Both the position numbers and the translations under genes were made by a program. Below the pieces are notes generated by a model. It did not search any database. It was given only the letters and a program-made list of their open reading frames with translations, and had not been told where the DNA came from. Shown here piece after piece: positions 48,843-58,647 of a stretch of DNA of 64,000 bases. How positions within the stretch are numbered: the first letter of the stretch is position 1; each line of letters begins with the position of its first letter. The stretch is from assembly GCA_028338895.1 (NCBI GenBank), contig JAOLAV010000002.1, positions 3,857 to 67,856 of the forward strand, given 5' to 3'. The stretch is from Fidelibacterota bacterium (GTDB taxonomy: Bacteria; Fidelibacterota; Marinisomatia; Marinisomatales; UBA1611).

Positions 48843-51800
48843 GTGGCCAACCAGTATTAACAAGTTGCTTAGAACTAGGGTCATGGAATACATGAACTTG
48901 GAATTCGTGAGTTGAAGTGGCACCATGCTCGTCAACCGCCATTAGAATAAAATCATTCATACCCATTTGGTTTTTTCTAGGTGACCATTCGAGCGTAGCT
49001 TTGTTTTTATCAAATCTAGCATACTTAGGTAATCTAACCGCTCGATAGGCTACTTTATCCCCATTTAAATCTTCAGTTACTATTTTATAGCGCCAAGAAT
49101 GTCCCGTTAAACCTACTGGTTTCGGGTTTGAAATTATTGTTGGTGCATTATTAATAAATATTTTACCCTGTTGGACGTCCGTTCCGTAACCATCGCTTAC
49201 GGCGACTTCAAATGAATTATTATTAATCTGAGCTGCTTTAGGAACCCATAGTATTTTACCATATCTATCCATTTGCATCCCGTGCGGTCCTTTAAGTAAG
49301 GTGTATTCCAACTTTGTATTTTTATTTTTATCATCAACTCTGACTTGGTATTTAAATAATTCTCCAGCGAGTCCCATATGAGGAGGATTTGAAACAATCG
49401 TTGGTAAATGATTTGCGTATACTTCATATGTCTGTTCATCTTTTGTATATCCATCCGAAACAACAACAGTTATTCTATGAGCATCCGATTGTTCTACATT
49501 TGGCGTCCAACGCAATGTTCCCGAGGAACCTTCAACGACCATTCCTTCCGGGAAGTCTAATAAATTAAATCGAAATGGATTTACTTTTTCCACGACAACT
49601 CTTGGAGGCTTCCCTTTTGCTCCATTAAAAAACTCCCAAAGAAAATCCTTCATTTTAATTGTCCGACCATCTATATTTTCTAATAAAACCCAGAGTCTAT
49701 CTTCTTCAAAAAAGACGGAATGTGTATATTTTTTTAAATTAAGCCTGGAGACTAAACTATCGGCTGGGTATTTTGGGTCAAAATAATAAATAGCTTCACT
49801 GTTATGCCAATCCCCTAAATATCTATCAATATTTGAAAGCGCTACATCGTCAGTTATGTTAATTGAATACATTCTTATAGAAGAAATATTTTCAACCTTT
49901 ACAACCTTTTTAAATGGTAATAAAGAGCCTTTATTTCTATCATTTATCATTATTTTGTATGCATACTCATCGCCAACAGTTGCAGACATTGGAGGAACTG
50001 AGACAATTTTTGTCGGAGCATTAACAAAAAACTCTGCTTCAATAACTCTAGATTCGTGGCCGTCTGAAACTTCAATTTGAAGTTGATGAAAATCTAATTC
50101 GTTCATTGTTGGCTCCCAACGCAAAAAGCCTGTTTGAGGATCCATTCGCATCCCTTGAGGTAATTTGTGAGCTGTATAAACTAATCTGTCATTTTTGTTA
50201 GGCTCTTCAACCGTTAATTCAAAATCCCAAATTCCACCAACATTAATAGTATTCATCATCATCGGAGCAGACTTTATTATTGGAGGATGATTAACAAATA
50301 AATTTACAAATTGCGTATCTGTTGCAACTCCATGGCTGGCAATAATTGAATATTTTATGGTGTCAACTTGAACTGGATTAGGAGTCCAAGAAATAGTACC
50401 ATCTGGCTGTATAATCATACCGTCTGGTCCAAAAAACAGCTTATAACTTATTTTTTCATCGGCTTTCTGTCGCCATACTTTTACAGGATAATTATAGATA
50501 GTGCCAACACTTGCTTTTTCAGGAGCTTTTGAAAGAATCTTAACTCCAGCTCTAGAAAAAAGTTGAAATTCTTGAGCTGTTCGCTCGAAACCATCTGATG
50601 CAACAATTCGTACATTGTAAACCTCAACATGTGCACTGTCTGTCTTCCAAACTACAATACCATTTTCAATTGTCATTCCATCTGGAGAAACTTCTAACTC
50701 TAATTTTATTGAACTATCTTTATTAAGGTCTTGAACAATAGGCTCATATCTGAAGGTTGAACCGGCAATAAATTCTGTAATAGTTGGCTGAGTTAAAAAT
50801 CTTGGTGGGTCATTAACATAAACCCACAAACTCTCATCTCGACTCTCTAAAACTGGAGTTGCTTTAAAAACTTGTTCCGCTTCATTAACCCCTGTATAGG
50901 GCTCCATTATTTCATCAACTTTCATTCTAACCATATAGGATAACGGAAAGGCATCTAATTGTTTATCTGTTGGTACCCAATTAATAGACTTACTATCATA
51001 TAAAAAATACATACCCTTAGGAGGCTGATTATCCCATCTAAAGCTATAAAACTCATCGCTACTGTCTTTTGGTATTTCATATAAGAATGGTTGACTCGGC
51101 CTAAGGACATACCTTGGTAAAATATGCTTTGGAAGCCTTTGCCCAAGCGATTCTTTTGGCTTCGGTAATTTTGGCTGTTCTAAAGTCCTTATAATTTTTT
51201 TTGGTATAGACATTCGAGGCTGCTCTCTTAAAACTTTACCTTCTTTTTGACTTGGTGAAATTGTATTTGGTATATAACTACTTGGAGACTGACCTAAATC
51301 AGTTATAATTAACTCTTCTAATTGAGGCTCAAGCGGTACTTTTTCTTCTGGTGGTAACTCTATAAAAACCTCTGGAAAATCCGGCTCTAAGTCTTGGGTA
51401 TTGGAAAGTAAATTAGGAAGTTGTGATTTTATGAAATCTGGAGTTATTAAGTAACCTTGGTCTAGCTGGCCTGATTTATTTCCGAGTTGAATAACATATG
51501 TTGAATTTTGTTCTCCATCCCAAGCTGAAATAAGGACACTTCCATTATATAAGCCGGCTTTTGTCATTGGTAACATTGAAAAGACCTGCATTTCTGAAGG
51601 AATATTTCTCATGGCATCTCGAACCGGTTGTGATGTCCCATCTTTTCCTGAAATCAAAGTTAAGGTATTTAAATCAGATGAAAGAGCTAATATATCTTCA
51701 TGGGTGTCTTGATTAAAATCTTCCAATGAGACTTGAGTTAAAGGACCACTATTAATCGGTACTTCATCTATTACAAGAGTAGCGGGAGTTAATGTAAACG

Positions 51801-52674
51801 CAATAATGTCACCTGATTTAAAGGAGACTAAAACATCAAAAAAACCATCAGAGTCCCAATCCGTTAATTCAATAGAATATGGTAAAATACCATTTAAACC
51901 ATCCACTTGTTTACGAACTAGATGCCCAGAGTCAAAAACACCGCCGATATTATAAAAGGGTTGTGCCTTGATAGTATTTCCATCTGGACTTAATGCTAAT
52001 ATATCATCATAACCATCACCATCATAATCCACTACACCAACATATAATAAGCCAGAGCCAACAAGTAATTGGTCTGGACGAACTTTTTTTGTTAATGTAA
52101 GACCTGAGGCTGACGAGTTAACAATTGCGAAACCACGAAAAGGACTTCCAAGTGCTAATACTAATTCTTGGTCACCATCAGAATCTTGATCTAGTAATTG
52201 AAAGTTATTGCACCTCAGAGATCTATTTTCTTTACCTACATCTAGTGTAGCGGTTGGTATTTCTGAAAAATTTGTGCCATCCCAAGAGTATGTTGCTATA
52301 AATACATGAGGTGTTGTATTACCCTCAAATCGCGTCAAATTCATTACAATTACAAGCTCTGGAGATCCATCCCCATCCATATCGCCTATTTTTGCATCAA
52401 CAAAATCGCCACTTAATTCAGTTGGAGGTGTGAATTCCCAAATTAAATTTTGATAACCATCCACATTTATTTCATAGTATCTAACTTTATTCGGGAAAAT
52501 ACTTTCATTCGGATTTAATTCAAGTGCTATAAACTCGAGCATTTGATCGCCGTCAAGGTCATAGGTTCCATTCATGTTTGATATCTTCTGAGAAAATAAA
52601 CTCGAAAATAAAAACACTGCCAGGATCAATTTTATTGAAAATAAATTGTCCTTCGTCTTTTTAAGAACTAACAA
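48790..52674 (-). CDS. Giant exported protein (1294 aa): FG-GAP/integrin-alpha-like propeller region, Pro-rich linker, seven cadherin-like/He_PIG-type repeats and a C-terminal TM anchor
   Basis: Leader MLVLKKTKDNLFSIKLILAVFLFSSLFSQ with a TTG start. Six D-x-D/N-x-D-G-like motifs (e.g. DLDGDQ, DMDGDGSPELV, DQDSDGDQELV, DYDGDGYDDIL, DWDSDGFFDVL). Repeated P-x-GM...G.i.W.P...vSDG modules. Terminal hydrophobic helix GWPLMLTFVGVVFAYGM. Confidence 0.8.
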   Translation of the reverse strand: MLVLKKTKDNLFSIKLILAVFLFSSLFSQKISNMNGTYDLDGDQMLEFIALELNPNESIFPNKVRYYEINVDGYQNLIWEFTPPTELSGDFVDAKIGDMDGDGSPELVIVMNLTRFEGNTTPHVFIATYSWDGTNFSEIPTATLDVGKENRSLRCNNFQLLDQDSDGDQELVLALGSPFRGFAIVNSSASGLTLTKKVRPDQLLVGSGLLYVGVVDYDGDGYDDILALSPDGNTIKAQPFYNIGGVFDSGHLVRKQVDGLNGILPYSIELTDWDSDGFFDVLVSFKSGDIIAFTLTPATLVIDEVPINSGPLTQVSLEDFNQDTHEDILALSSDLNTLTLISGKDGTSQPVRDAMRNIPSEMQVFSMLPMTKAGLYNGSVLISAWDGEQNSTYVIQLGNKSGQLDQGYLITPDFIKSQLPNLLSNTQDLEPDFPEVFIELPPEEKVPLEPQLEELIITDLGQSPSSYIPNTISPSQKEGKVLREQPRMSIPKKIIRTLEQPKLPKPKESLGQRLPKHILPRYVLRPSQPFLYEIPKDSSDEFYSFRWDNQPPKGMYFLYDSKSINWVPTDKQLDAFPLSYMVRMKVDEIMEPYTGVNEAEQVFKATPVLESRDESLWVYVNDPPRFLTQPTITEFIAGSTFRYEPIVQDLNKDSSIKLELEVSPDGMTIENGIVVWKTDSAHVEVYNVRIVASDGFERTAQEFQLFSRAGVKILSKAPEKASVGTIYNYPVKVWRQKADEKISYKLFFGPDGMIIQPDGTISWTPNPVQVDTIKYSIIASHGVATDTQFVNLFVNHPPIIKSAPMMMNTINVGGIWDFELTVEEPNKNDRLVYTAHKLPQGMRMDPQTGFLRWEPTMNELDFHQLQIEVSDGHESRVIEAEFFVNAPTKIVSVPPMSATVGDEYAYKIMINDRNKGSLLPFKKVVKVENISSIRMYSINITDDVALSNIDRYLGDWHNSEAIYYFDPKYPADSLVSRLNLKKYTHSVFFEEDRLWVLLENIDGRTIKMKDFLWEFFNGAKGKPPRVVVEKVNPFRFNLLDFPEGMVVEGSSGTLRWTPNVEQSDAHRITVVVSDGYTKDEQTYEVYANHLPTIVSNPPHMGLAGELFKYQVRVDDKNKNTKLEYTLLKGPHGMQMDRYGKILWVPKAAQINNNSFEVAVSDGYGTDVQQGKIFINNAPTIISNPKPVGLTGHSWRYKIVTEDLNGDKVAYRAVRLPKYARFDKNKATLEWSPRKNQMGMNDFILMAVDEHGATSTHEFQVHVFHDPSSKQLVNTGWPLMLTFVGVVFAYGMSQI
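48889..51102 (-). repeat. Seven tandem cadherin-like / He_PIG-type Ig-fold repeats of about 85-100 aa inside the 1294-aa ORF (the first is degenerate, the fourth is split)
   Basis: Recurring N(H/A/D)(P/L)P.I... F.Y.v...D.n....l.Y.l...P.GM.id..G.l.W.P.......v.vSDG pattern at about aa 525-620, 621-708, 709-793, 794-884, 885-1086, 1087-1174 and 1175-1262. Confidence 0.7.
51475..52569 (-). repeat. FG-GAP-like Ca-binding motif repeats (putative beta-propeller blades) in the 1294-aa ORF
   Basis: Aspartate-rich loops, each followed by hydrophobic strands, spaced about 55-60 aa apart (aa ~39, 98, 162, 216, 272, 319). Confidence 0.6.
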
Positions 52675-52683
52675 AATATTATA

Positions 52684-55239
52684 TCAGCCTTCATCTTTAG
52701 AAAGGCTATCAATGTTTGGCTCGGGTTGATTCTTATCTGTTTCGGAAGTGGAATCATTAGTCTTTTTGGGTAAAGTATTTTTTACTTCTTCAAGCTTTAG
52801 AGAGTCACTTGAATCTTTCTTTATGTTTAATTCTATTTTCTCAACTTCTAAAACTTTAGGGTTTTCTTCATCCTTTTGAGTTTGAGGAACATTTTTTATT
52901 GAATCTAATTTTACTTCATCAACCTGTAAACTTTGTTTTGGAATATTACTTTGTTTTGGTGAAATAGGAATTTTTGGCTCTTGCTGTTCTGGCTGGGCAT
53001 CGGGTAGCCGAGGCTCTCTATAAACTTTAGGTATTTTGCCTTTAGGTCCAAAAATAGGCTCTTCCAATGAACCGCCTTGTAAGAGTTTAATCTTTAATTC
53101 TTCAGGAAAAAATTCTTGAATTAGCCTTGAGAACATAACGGCTGGCTCGACCGAACCAATTAAATCAAACTCTGTCGTAACTTTTTTAGAACCGTTGGCG
53201 CGAACAATAATCTCCCCTCTAATCGCTTGCAATATTCCTTCATCCATGAAAACAGCTAAAGATTGAGAGGGTAAAGAAGGAGTTGTTGAAGAAAGATATA
53301 TTCCTTGGTATAAAGAATCATCAGTTTTATCAAAAGTAAAACGAATTAATTTTTGCGTAAAGTCCATATCTAATGAATTTGGAAAACCTTCAAAGAAATA
53401 ATCAGGAAATTCAAACAATTTAGGGTCAAACGATTCTGGCTGATAAGACTGAGAAAGTGAATCGTCTGTTGGCGAAATTGACATAAAAACAACATTTGTT
53501 TGCATATCATGAACCATAGTAAGTGTTGTAATACTATCTAATTGAGAATCTCTTAATGAGTATGCGAAATCAAATGTTTCGCCAAAGTTCAAATTAGCTA
53601 AGTTTGCTGAAATTCCGTGCTGAAAGTGGGTTGGGTCTCCTTTTTGGGGGATTTGATTAACAGCAACACCAAATGGAGCTTCGCCATCAAAAACGTATCG
53701 GTCTTTGGTGGCAGAAGATGGTGTCATAGCTAAAACATAATAGAGATCAATATCATTTCCGGTAACCTGGTTAACCATTGTATCTTTATTTATTACTTTA
53801 GGACTTAACGCATCAATGGTTTTTTTTGTAAATGTTGTTATTTCAGTATCCATGTTCGGAATAGAAGATTTTTCTTTAATTGTATCAGGTACTTCAGGAA
53901 TGTATTCACCAAGATCTAGCTTTGTAAAGCCTGCTTCATCTGCCCAATAAACACTTTGCATATCCGAATTTATTTTGGGAATTTGGATTTTTTCTAAATT
54001 GATTTTTTTGTTTTGAGTCTTACTTTTTGCACTTGCTAAAAAGTCTCCTAGCGTTGGGCTTAAAGTAGAATAATCCTTTTCATCTTTAGTTTTAGACTCA
54101 ACGTCTAAGCTCTTTTCTCTGAGCAGAAGACTTTTCACATTTTTTTCATATTCTAATGTTAAGCTGTCAAAGTTTTTTTCTTTATCCGTTAAGATATCTG
54201 AGGGAGATATTATGGCTTTTTTATCACTTTTTAGTCCATCAGCACTAATATTTTCAACTTGAGTTATATTATAAATTTCTATGTCCTGTCTAAGCTTAAA
54301 TAGATCTCTTATACGCCCTTCGTCTTTAATTGGAAATGCGTTTTTGCCAGATAAACTCGTTTCTGGAAAAAAAAGCTTACTATTTTTAAGGGTTAAAAGA
54401 AAAACATCGTCCGATGCAAAAGGCACAAGTAAGCCCTCTTCATAATTTTTTCCAAAAGTATGGAATGGTTGCAAGTCTGAGCCTAAAATATATCTAGATT
54501 TTTCAATTGGGATAGAACCGCTTTTAGAAAGTGTAAAGTCCATAGAAATATCAAATAAAGCAACTTTGAGGGTGTTCTTTTCTGGCGATATCATAGCGAT
54601 ATAATTTTCACCATCAGAAATAAAACCACCAACATAGACTGCGCCGTAACCATTTTCAATTATAGGCGCAGATAATACTTTAATATTTTTTAAATCTATA
54701 CGTTCATTAGAAATATCAATGTTAAAAACTAAACTATATCTAATTGGAGCTCCAAAAGAGACAGCAAGGGCATGAGGTCCTCCTGGCACTAAAGATAAAC
54801 TAGAAGGCCTTAAAGTACTAATTTCAAAAGGTAGGTCTTTATAGGTGTATGGCTTGTTTGAGAAACCTTCTTTTGACCCTTGAAAGACATAAAGCCAAGT
54901 ACTTGAACCAATAGATGCAAATAAATCAGGAATAATAATGATATCCTCAAAACCATCATTATCTAAGTCTGTTATTTCTAAATCGGAAAATTTTTGCCCT
55001 TTAGGCAAATTATATGTCCATAAAGTATCTATTTGATCAGAACCTGAGAACTCAACCCAAATAGCACTGGACGTGCGCGTGTTAATGGCGAAAGTCTCTA
55101 AATTGCCATCTTCATCTAGGTCAAAAGACCTGTTTATGTGGAAGTTACCCCGACCTACCATAATAGATATGAGCAATGACCATATAAAGAATATCTTTAA
55201 GAAGCTCATTTTAGCTCTTATGAACGTAGTTAACCTCAT
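52684..55239 (-). CDS. Large exported protein (851 aa): N-terminal region paralogous to the FG-GAP region of the downstream giant ORF, unique middle, low-complexity P/E/K/Q C-terminus
   Basis: Signal peptide. FDLDEDGNLETF and TDLDNDGFEDIIII align with YDLDGDQMLEFI and GDMDGDGSPELVIV of the neighbour. No C-terminal TM. Ends 9 nt upstream of the 1294-aa ORF. Confidence 0.75.
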   Translation of the reverse strand: MRLTTFIRAKMSFLKIFFIWSLLISIMVGRGNFHINRSFDLDEDGNLETFAINTRTSSAIWVEFSGSDQIDTLWTYNLPKGQKFSDLEITDLDNDGFEDIIIIPDLFASIGSSTWLYVFQGSKEGFSNKPYTYKDLPFEISTLRPSSLSLVPGGPHALAVSFGAPIRYSLVFNIDISNERIDLKNIKVLSAPIIENGYGAVYVGGFISDGENYIAMISPEKNTLKVALFDISMDFTLSKSGSIPIEKSRYILGSDLQPFHTFGKNYEEGLLVPFASDDVFLLTLKNSKLFFPETSLSGKNAFPIKDEGRIRDLFKLRQDIEIYNITQVENISADGLKSDKKAIISPSDILTDKEKNFDSLTLEYEKNVKSLLLREKSLDVESKTKDEKDYSTLSPTLGDFLASAKSKTQNKKINLEKIQIPKINSDMQSVYWADEAGFTKLDLGEYIPEVPDTIKEKSSIPNMDTEITTFTKKTIDALSPKVINKDTMVNQVTGNDIDLYYVLAMTPSSATKDRYVFDGEAPFGVAVNQIPQKGDPTHFQHGISANLANLNFGETFDFAYSLRDSQLDSITTLTMVHDMQTNVVFMSISPTDDSLSQSYQPESFDPKLFEFPDYFFEGFPNSLDMDFTQKLIRFTFDKTDDSLYQGIYLSSTTPSLPSQSLAVFMDEGILQAIRGEIIVRANGSKKVTTEFDLIGSVEPAVMFSRLIQEFFPEELKIKLLQGGSLEEPIFGPKGKIPKVYREPRLPDAQPEQQEPKIPISPKQSNIPKQSLQVDEVKLDSIKNVPQTQKDEENPKVLEVEKIELNIKKDSSDSLKLEEVKNTLPKKTNDSTSETDKNQPEPNIDSLSKDEG

Positions 55240-55465
55240 GGTTTAAACCAAAATTGGATACATTTATTCGGGAGGCAAATCACGTTTTGATCTCCCTTAC
55301 CTCGTTTACTCTTTGAAAAATATAGGATAATGCTACTATTTATACAAGTAAAACACCTTGAAACTCTTATTTCTTAATTTGTTATATTTTAAAGTATATT
55401 TCCTTTCTAATTTGTTACTTGAATCTTAATTTGTGGTATGTTACCATGCTGAGAACTTCATAATC

Positions 55466-56314
55466 ATGAAAAATATATTTTTTTTATTTACAATTAACTT
55501 TTCGATTCTTTTTGGTCAATTCAGCTACCCTGCTGAAGACTTCCTTGGGGGTGGTATTGGCTATAGCCCAATGTATATTAAACTTGAATCAATTCCAGGT
55601 GCAGACTCGCTTGTAAACCTTGGACTCGATCCAAATAATTTTGCAGATCCATTCGTTGTACATGGTGGAGAAGGTTTTGCGCATGTAACTGGTCGATGGC
55701 GTATCGGGGGATATGCAGGTATGGGAGGATCATCTATAAGCACAATTCCAACTATTAAAGTTTACGTTGACACAGAGGCGGAAGGCTGGCAAAGCGAAGA
55801 GACTCAAGACTACACCGATGATTTTAATCCTTCTATTAAAGCAAAATTTTCATTTCTTCTTGGTGCGGCATCGGTTGAATATGTTATGCCTTTATTACAA
55901 GATTTAGAACTTTCATCAGGAGCACTAATGGGTCTCGGTAGAGTTGGTATGGCTATTGACCAGCAGAGTGGAAATCCTAGATGGGATAAGGTCTTTTCTA
56001 ATGCTTATGGAACAATGACGGATGGCGTTTTATATTACCCGGTTTTGGATATAAATAATCCAGACGATATAATTCCCGGAAAGGTTGCTGGCTTACAAAG
56101 AGATGTAAGTGCTATTTTTTTTAATTTTCAACCATATATAGCTGTTAAATGGCAATTTCTAGAACGCTTAGGATTGAGAATTAGTGTTGGTGCAAATAAA
56201 GGGACAGTAAATGCTGGAAGCTGGAAACTTAATGGACGAACTCCAATTAGTGATTCACCAAAATCTTCAATAAGCGGAATTACATTTAGAACCATGCTAT
56301 ATATTGGTCTCTAA
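55466..56314 (+). CDS. Hypothetical outer-membrane beta-barrel protein
   Basis: The ATG at 55466 gives signal peptide MKNIFFLFTINFSILFGQ (the ORF-track GTG at 55433 is less likely). Gly/aromatic-rich alternating pattern. No family recognised. Confidence 0.45.
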   Translation: MKNIFFLFTINFSILFGQFSYPAEDFLGGGIGYSPMYIKLESIPGADSLVNLGLDPNNFADPFVVHGGEGFAHVTGRWRIGGYAGMGGSSISTIPTIKVYVDTEAEGWQSEETQDYTDDFNPSIKAKFSFLLGAASVEYVMPLLQDLELSSGALMGLGRVGMAIDQQSGNPRWDKVFSNAYGTMTDGVLYYPVLDINNPDDIIPGKVAGLQRDVSAIFFNFQPYIAVKWQFLERLGLRISVGANKGTVNAGSWKLNGRTPISDSPKSSISGITFRTMLYIGL

Positions 56315-56328
56315 ACTTCCTAAATAAT

Positions 56329-57933
56329 ATGTTTCAAAAATTTCGCCAGATATGGCCTCTGGTATTATCCACAGCATTTGGATTTCTATTGGCAACGCTT
56401 CTTTTTTTGCCTAGAGCTTATTCGAGCAACCAGAACGTTTACAAAGTACTAAGAGAAAAAATTAACGTTCTCCAACAAATGATTTCTTATGTAAACCATT
56501 TTTATTTTGATTCAGTTGACATGGAAAAAATTATGGATGGTGCTTTTCGTGGACTAATGGAAGAACTTGATCCTCATTCAACATATATCCCCGCAAAAGA
56601 ACAAGAAAATATAAATGAGGTTTTTAAAGGAAAATTTCAAGGGATTGGTATCGAATTTGATATTTTAGATGGTTTTATTACTGTTATTTCTCCAGTACCT
56701 GATAGCCCCTCTGATATTGTAGGTCTCATGCCTGGTGATAAGTTAATCGCAATAAATGGAGATGATGCTTATAAAATCACAAAAAATGAAGTCTTTGAAA
56801 AATTAAGAGGTCGAAAAGGGACAAAGGTTGTTGTTACAATCAGTCGAATAGGTAAAAGAAAGCCATTCGACGTAACAATTATCCGAGATAATATTCCTAT
56901 TTATAGTGTGGGTGCCGCAACTATGATCGATAGTGAAACAGGGTATATATTTCTCAGGCGCTTTTCCGCAACAACCGAAAAAGAAGTCACAGCTGCTATT
57001 GATACTTTAATAAATCAAGGAATGAAAAAATTATTATTTGATTTAAGAGGAAATAGTGGCGGCTACTTAGAACAGGCTGCTGCAATATCTGACCAGTTTA
57101 TAACTAGTGTAGACACACTAGTTTATACAAAAGGAAAAATAAAAGAATCAAATCAACAGTTTATTAGTAATGAAGATAAAGGACACGATGATTTTTCATT
57201 AGTTGTGATGATTAATCGTGGGTCTGCAAGTGCTGCTGAAATAGTTTCCGGTGCAGTTCAAGATTTAGATAGAGGACTCGTTGTAGGTGAAACTAGTTTT
57301 GGAAAAGGACTTGTACAGCGGCAGCTACCTCTAGATTCCGGTGCCGCTTTGAGAGTAACTATTGCAAGATATTATACTCCTTCAGGACGACTAATTCAAC
57401 GTCCATATGAAGATGGAAATGATCTTGCATATTATAGAGAATTATATGCAAAAGATAGAGAATCTAAAATTGATAGCCTTAAAGAGCTAAGGCCTAAATA
57501 TAAAACAAAATCAGGAAGGACTGTATATGGAGGAGGAGGAATTACTCCAGATATTTACATACCATATAAAAATTCTATAAATTCAGAGACTGGTAAAATT
57601 GTAAGAAATCCAAAAAGACCAATTTTTAATTTTGCCTCTAAATACGCATCAAAAAAGAAAAATGATTTCATTTCTTTTAAAAGCTTCAAAAAAGATTGGA
57701 TAGTTTCAGACTCTTTAGTAACTGTTTTTTTTAGCCAACTTGACAATGATTCAATTACTGTAATAACAGATTCCGTCTTGATTGATATTGAATATATAAA
57801 AAACACAATAAAGAGTGAAATAGCTGGATCCGTGTGGGGAAAAGATGAAGCGGCAAATATAAGATTACTTTTTGATAACCAGGTAGTTGAGGCTTTAAAA
57901 CATTTTAATGAAGCAGATGCATTTTTAGATTGA
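56329..57933 (+). CDS. ctpA: Carboxy-terminal processing protease (S41 family, with PDZ domain)
   Basis: PDZ (GLMPGDKLIAINGD) and catalytic blocks NRGSASAAEI and ETSFGKGLVQ. N-terminal TM/signal. Confidence 0.9.
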   Translation: MFQKFRQIWPLVLSTAFGFLLATLLFLPRAYSSNQNVYKVLREKINVLQQMISYVNHFYFDSVDMEKIMDGAFRGLMEELDPHSTYIPAKEQENINEVFKGKFQGIGIEFDILDGFITVISPVPDSPSDIVGLMPGDKLIAINGDDAYKITKNEVFEKLRGRKGTKVVVTISRIGKRKPFDVTIIRDNIPIYSVGAATMIDSETGYIFLRRFSATTEKEVTAAIDTLINQGMKKLLFDLRGNSGGYLEQAAAISDQFITSVDTLVYTKGKIKESNQQFISNEDKGHDDFSLVVMINRGSASAAEIVSGAVQDLDRGLVVGETSFGKGLVQRQLPLDSGAALRVTIARYYTPSGRLIQRPYEDGNDLAYYRELYAKDRESKIDSLKELRPKYKTKSGRTVYGGGGITPDIYIPYKNSINSETGKIVRNPKRPIFNFASKYASKKKNDFISFKSFKKDWIVSDSLVTVFFSQLDNDSITVITDSVLIDIEYIKNTIKSEIAGSVWGKDEAANIRLLFDNQVVEALKHFNEADAFLD

Positions 57934-58015
57934 TTAAACTAACTTAACAAGCTTTCAAATAAAATTTTTATTTATTTTTATGAAAACTTATCAACTTTAG
58001 AAACGGAGATATATA

Positions 58016-58630
58016 ATGGTATATTATTTTTTAGAAGGCGGCGCTTTTATGTGGCCTATCTTAATGACATTAATTTTTGGGCTTGCGTTTGTAATAGAAC
58101 GTGCATACTCTCTTATGATGTCTGGAGTAGACTCACAGGCTTTTTTCGAAGAGATTACCTTATCGATTAAAGAAAAAGGTAATGATGAAGCGGCAAAAAC
58201 TTGTCAAGAAACCGATGGACCTGTTGCCGCTATTTTTTATGCCGGTTTAATAAAAGTAAATCGTGGCTTAGAAGAAGTTGAGAAAGGAATTCAAAATGCC
58301 GGTGCAATTGAAATGGCCTTTCTTGAAAGAAACATGATTTGGCTCAATGCTGTAATTACCGTTGCTCCCATGCTTGGTTTTACTGGAACAGTTGTCGGGA
58401 TGATTGGAGCATTTGATGCTATTAAAGCTGCAAACGATATTTCGCCTGCCGTTGTTGCTGGAGGTATTTCTCAGGCTCTATTAACAACCGCTTTTGGACT
58501 TATTGTTGCCATGATTATTCAGGTCTTCCAAAATGTTTTTGTCTCGAGAATTGACAAACTCGTGTTAGATATGGAGGAACAATCGAATAAGTTCATGGAT
58601 CATCTTTATGAACTGAACGAAAAAAAATAA
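58016..58630 (+). CDS. exbB: MotA/TolQ/ExbB-family proton channel
   Basis: GGAFMWPIL N-terminus and a C-terminal conserved helix pair (APMLGFTGTVVGMI...ALLTTAFGLIVA). GGAG SD upstream. Confidence 0.85.
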   Translation: MVYYFLEGGAFMWPILMTLIFGLAFVIERAYSLMMSGVDSQAFFEEITLSIKEKGNDEAAKTCQETDGPVAAIFYAGLIKVNRGLEEVEKGIQNAGAIEMAFLERNMIWLNAVITVAPMLGFTGTVVGMIGAFDAIKAANDISPAVVAGGISQALLTTAFGLIVAMIIQVFQNVFVSRIDKLVLDMEEQSNKFMDHLYELNEKK

Positions 58631-58647
58631 AACCCTTATAAATTTTG

